A stretch of DNA of 64,000 bases, taken from assembly GCA_050698355.1 (NCBI GenBank), contig JBOHBN010000209.1:663-64662 (forward strand). Direction: 5' to 3'. This document shows positions 63,676-64,000 of this stretch, one piece after another. The notes beneath the pieces are model-generated. The model made no database searches and was not told the origin of the DNA. It worked only from the letters and a program-made list of their open reading frames with translations. How positions within the stretch are numbered: position 1 is the stretch's first letter; each line of letters begins with the position of its first letter. The position numbers and the translations under genes were made by a program. Source of the stretch: Streptosporangiales bacterium. Its GTDB lineage: Bacteria > Actinomycetota > Actinomycetes > Streptosporangiales > WHST01.

Positions 63676-64000
63676 CAGGCTCCGGCCTCCTCGAGCCGTG
63701 CACGTACCTGTCGCAGCCGTGACCAGCCGCGACTGGCATCCGCGCGGGTGGCGAGGAAGGACGAGAACAGCTCGGCGTACCGGTCGGACCAGTCGGCGTC
63801 GGGCTCGAAGGTGTCGGCGGCGTTCACGCAGCGGGCGACGGCGGCCTCGTGGTCGCGCTCGCGGCCGGTGGCGACGAGCGCGGTGAGGTACGCGCCCCGT
63901 GCGCCCGCCTCCGTACCGGACGTACGCCTGGTAGGAACGCCTGTGACGTCGGCGATAAGTTCACACCACTCCGCGCTGTTCGCGCCGCCACCGCTGAGGC
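63675..64000 (-). CDS. C-terminal part of a second FGGY-family carbohydrate kinase (the gene runs off the window end)
   Basis: I translated the minus strand by hand: LSGGGANSAEWCELIADVTGVPTRRTSGTEAGARGAYLTALVATG... The stop TGA overlaps the next ATG (TGATG). Confidence 0.7.
   Translation of the reverse strand, partial: LSGGGANSAEWCELIADVTGVPTRRTSGTEAGARGAYLTALVATGRERDHEAAVARCVNAADTFEPDADWSDRYAELFSSFLATRADASRGWSRLRQVRARLEEAGA

Overview
This is a very GC-rich, actinobacterial-type chromosomal segment: third codon positions are almost all G/C and long Arg/Pro/Gly-rich shadow ORFs occur on both strands. I support about 65 protein-coding genes. I found no rRNA, tRNA, CRISPR array, transposase or integrase. 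Layout: (1) 1-10.4 kb holds an N-methylglutamate-type methylamine utilisation island. It has soxBDA-like dehydrogenase subunits on the minus strand, XRE-cupin and GntR regulators, mgsABC-like genes plus a gmaS-like glutamine-synthetase homologue, an APC permease and a USP. (2) 10.4-11.1 kb holds a RelE/RHH toxin-antitoxin cassette bracketed by a perfect 31-bp direct repeat at the 3' end of an AraC gene. (3) 11.1-16.2 kb holds AraC, an MHS transporter and divergent gabT/gabD. (4) 16.3-21.6 kb holds a 10-11 gene gas-vesicle cluster (gvpA-F-G-O-J-L-S-K) led by two unusual acidic/basic-tailed proteins. (5) 21.9-27.2 kb holds a GntR-linked cluster of unknown pathway: two maleate-isomerase-like proteins, DUF3830, a 2-hydroxyacid dehydrogenase and an amidase. 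Two of its promoter/operator modules are near-identical, and the operator core recurs at gabT/gabD. (6) 27.2-40.6 kb holds a decayed HepT, a secreted C39-like peptidase, MarR plus a DHA2 pump, an OpuC-type ABC system, an MFS transporter, a GT4 glycosyltransferase and a Phd/Doc pair. (7) 40.6-49.6 kb holds sthA, kbl-tdh with tandem palindromes upstream, LolA-like plus ABC-2 genes and an acyltransferase-3/SGNH protein. (8) 49.7-53.0 kb holds a non-canonical Hsp70 triad: a membrane-anchored J-like/TPR protein with NPD in place of HPD, a lid-less Hsp70 and a short GrpE-like protein. (9) 53-64 kb holds nagA, msiK, GNAT, DUF1772, a dehydratase, DUF3263, DksA/TraR, otsB and a sugar/polyol kinase cluster. 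The most interesting unexplained signals are the Hsp70 triad and a ~90-nt rod-like hairpin element. The element is present twice, each copy lies sense-oriented just 5' of a gene (the Hsp70 and DUF3263), and the two copies differ by compensatory substitutions. All functional calls come from my own reading of the translated ORFs and motifs. No database search was run.
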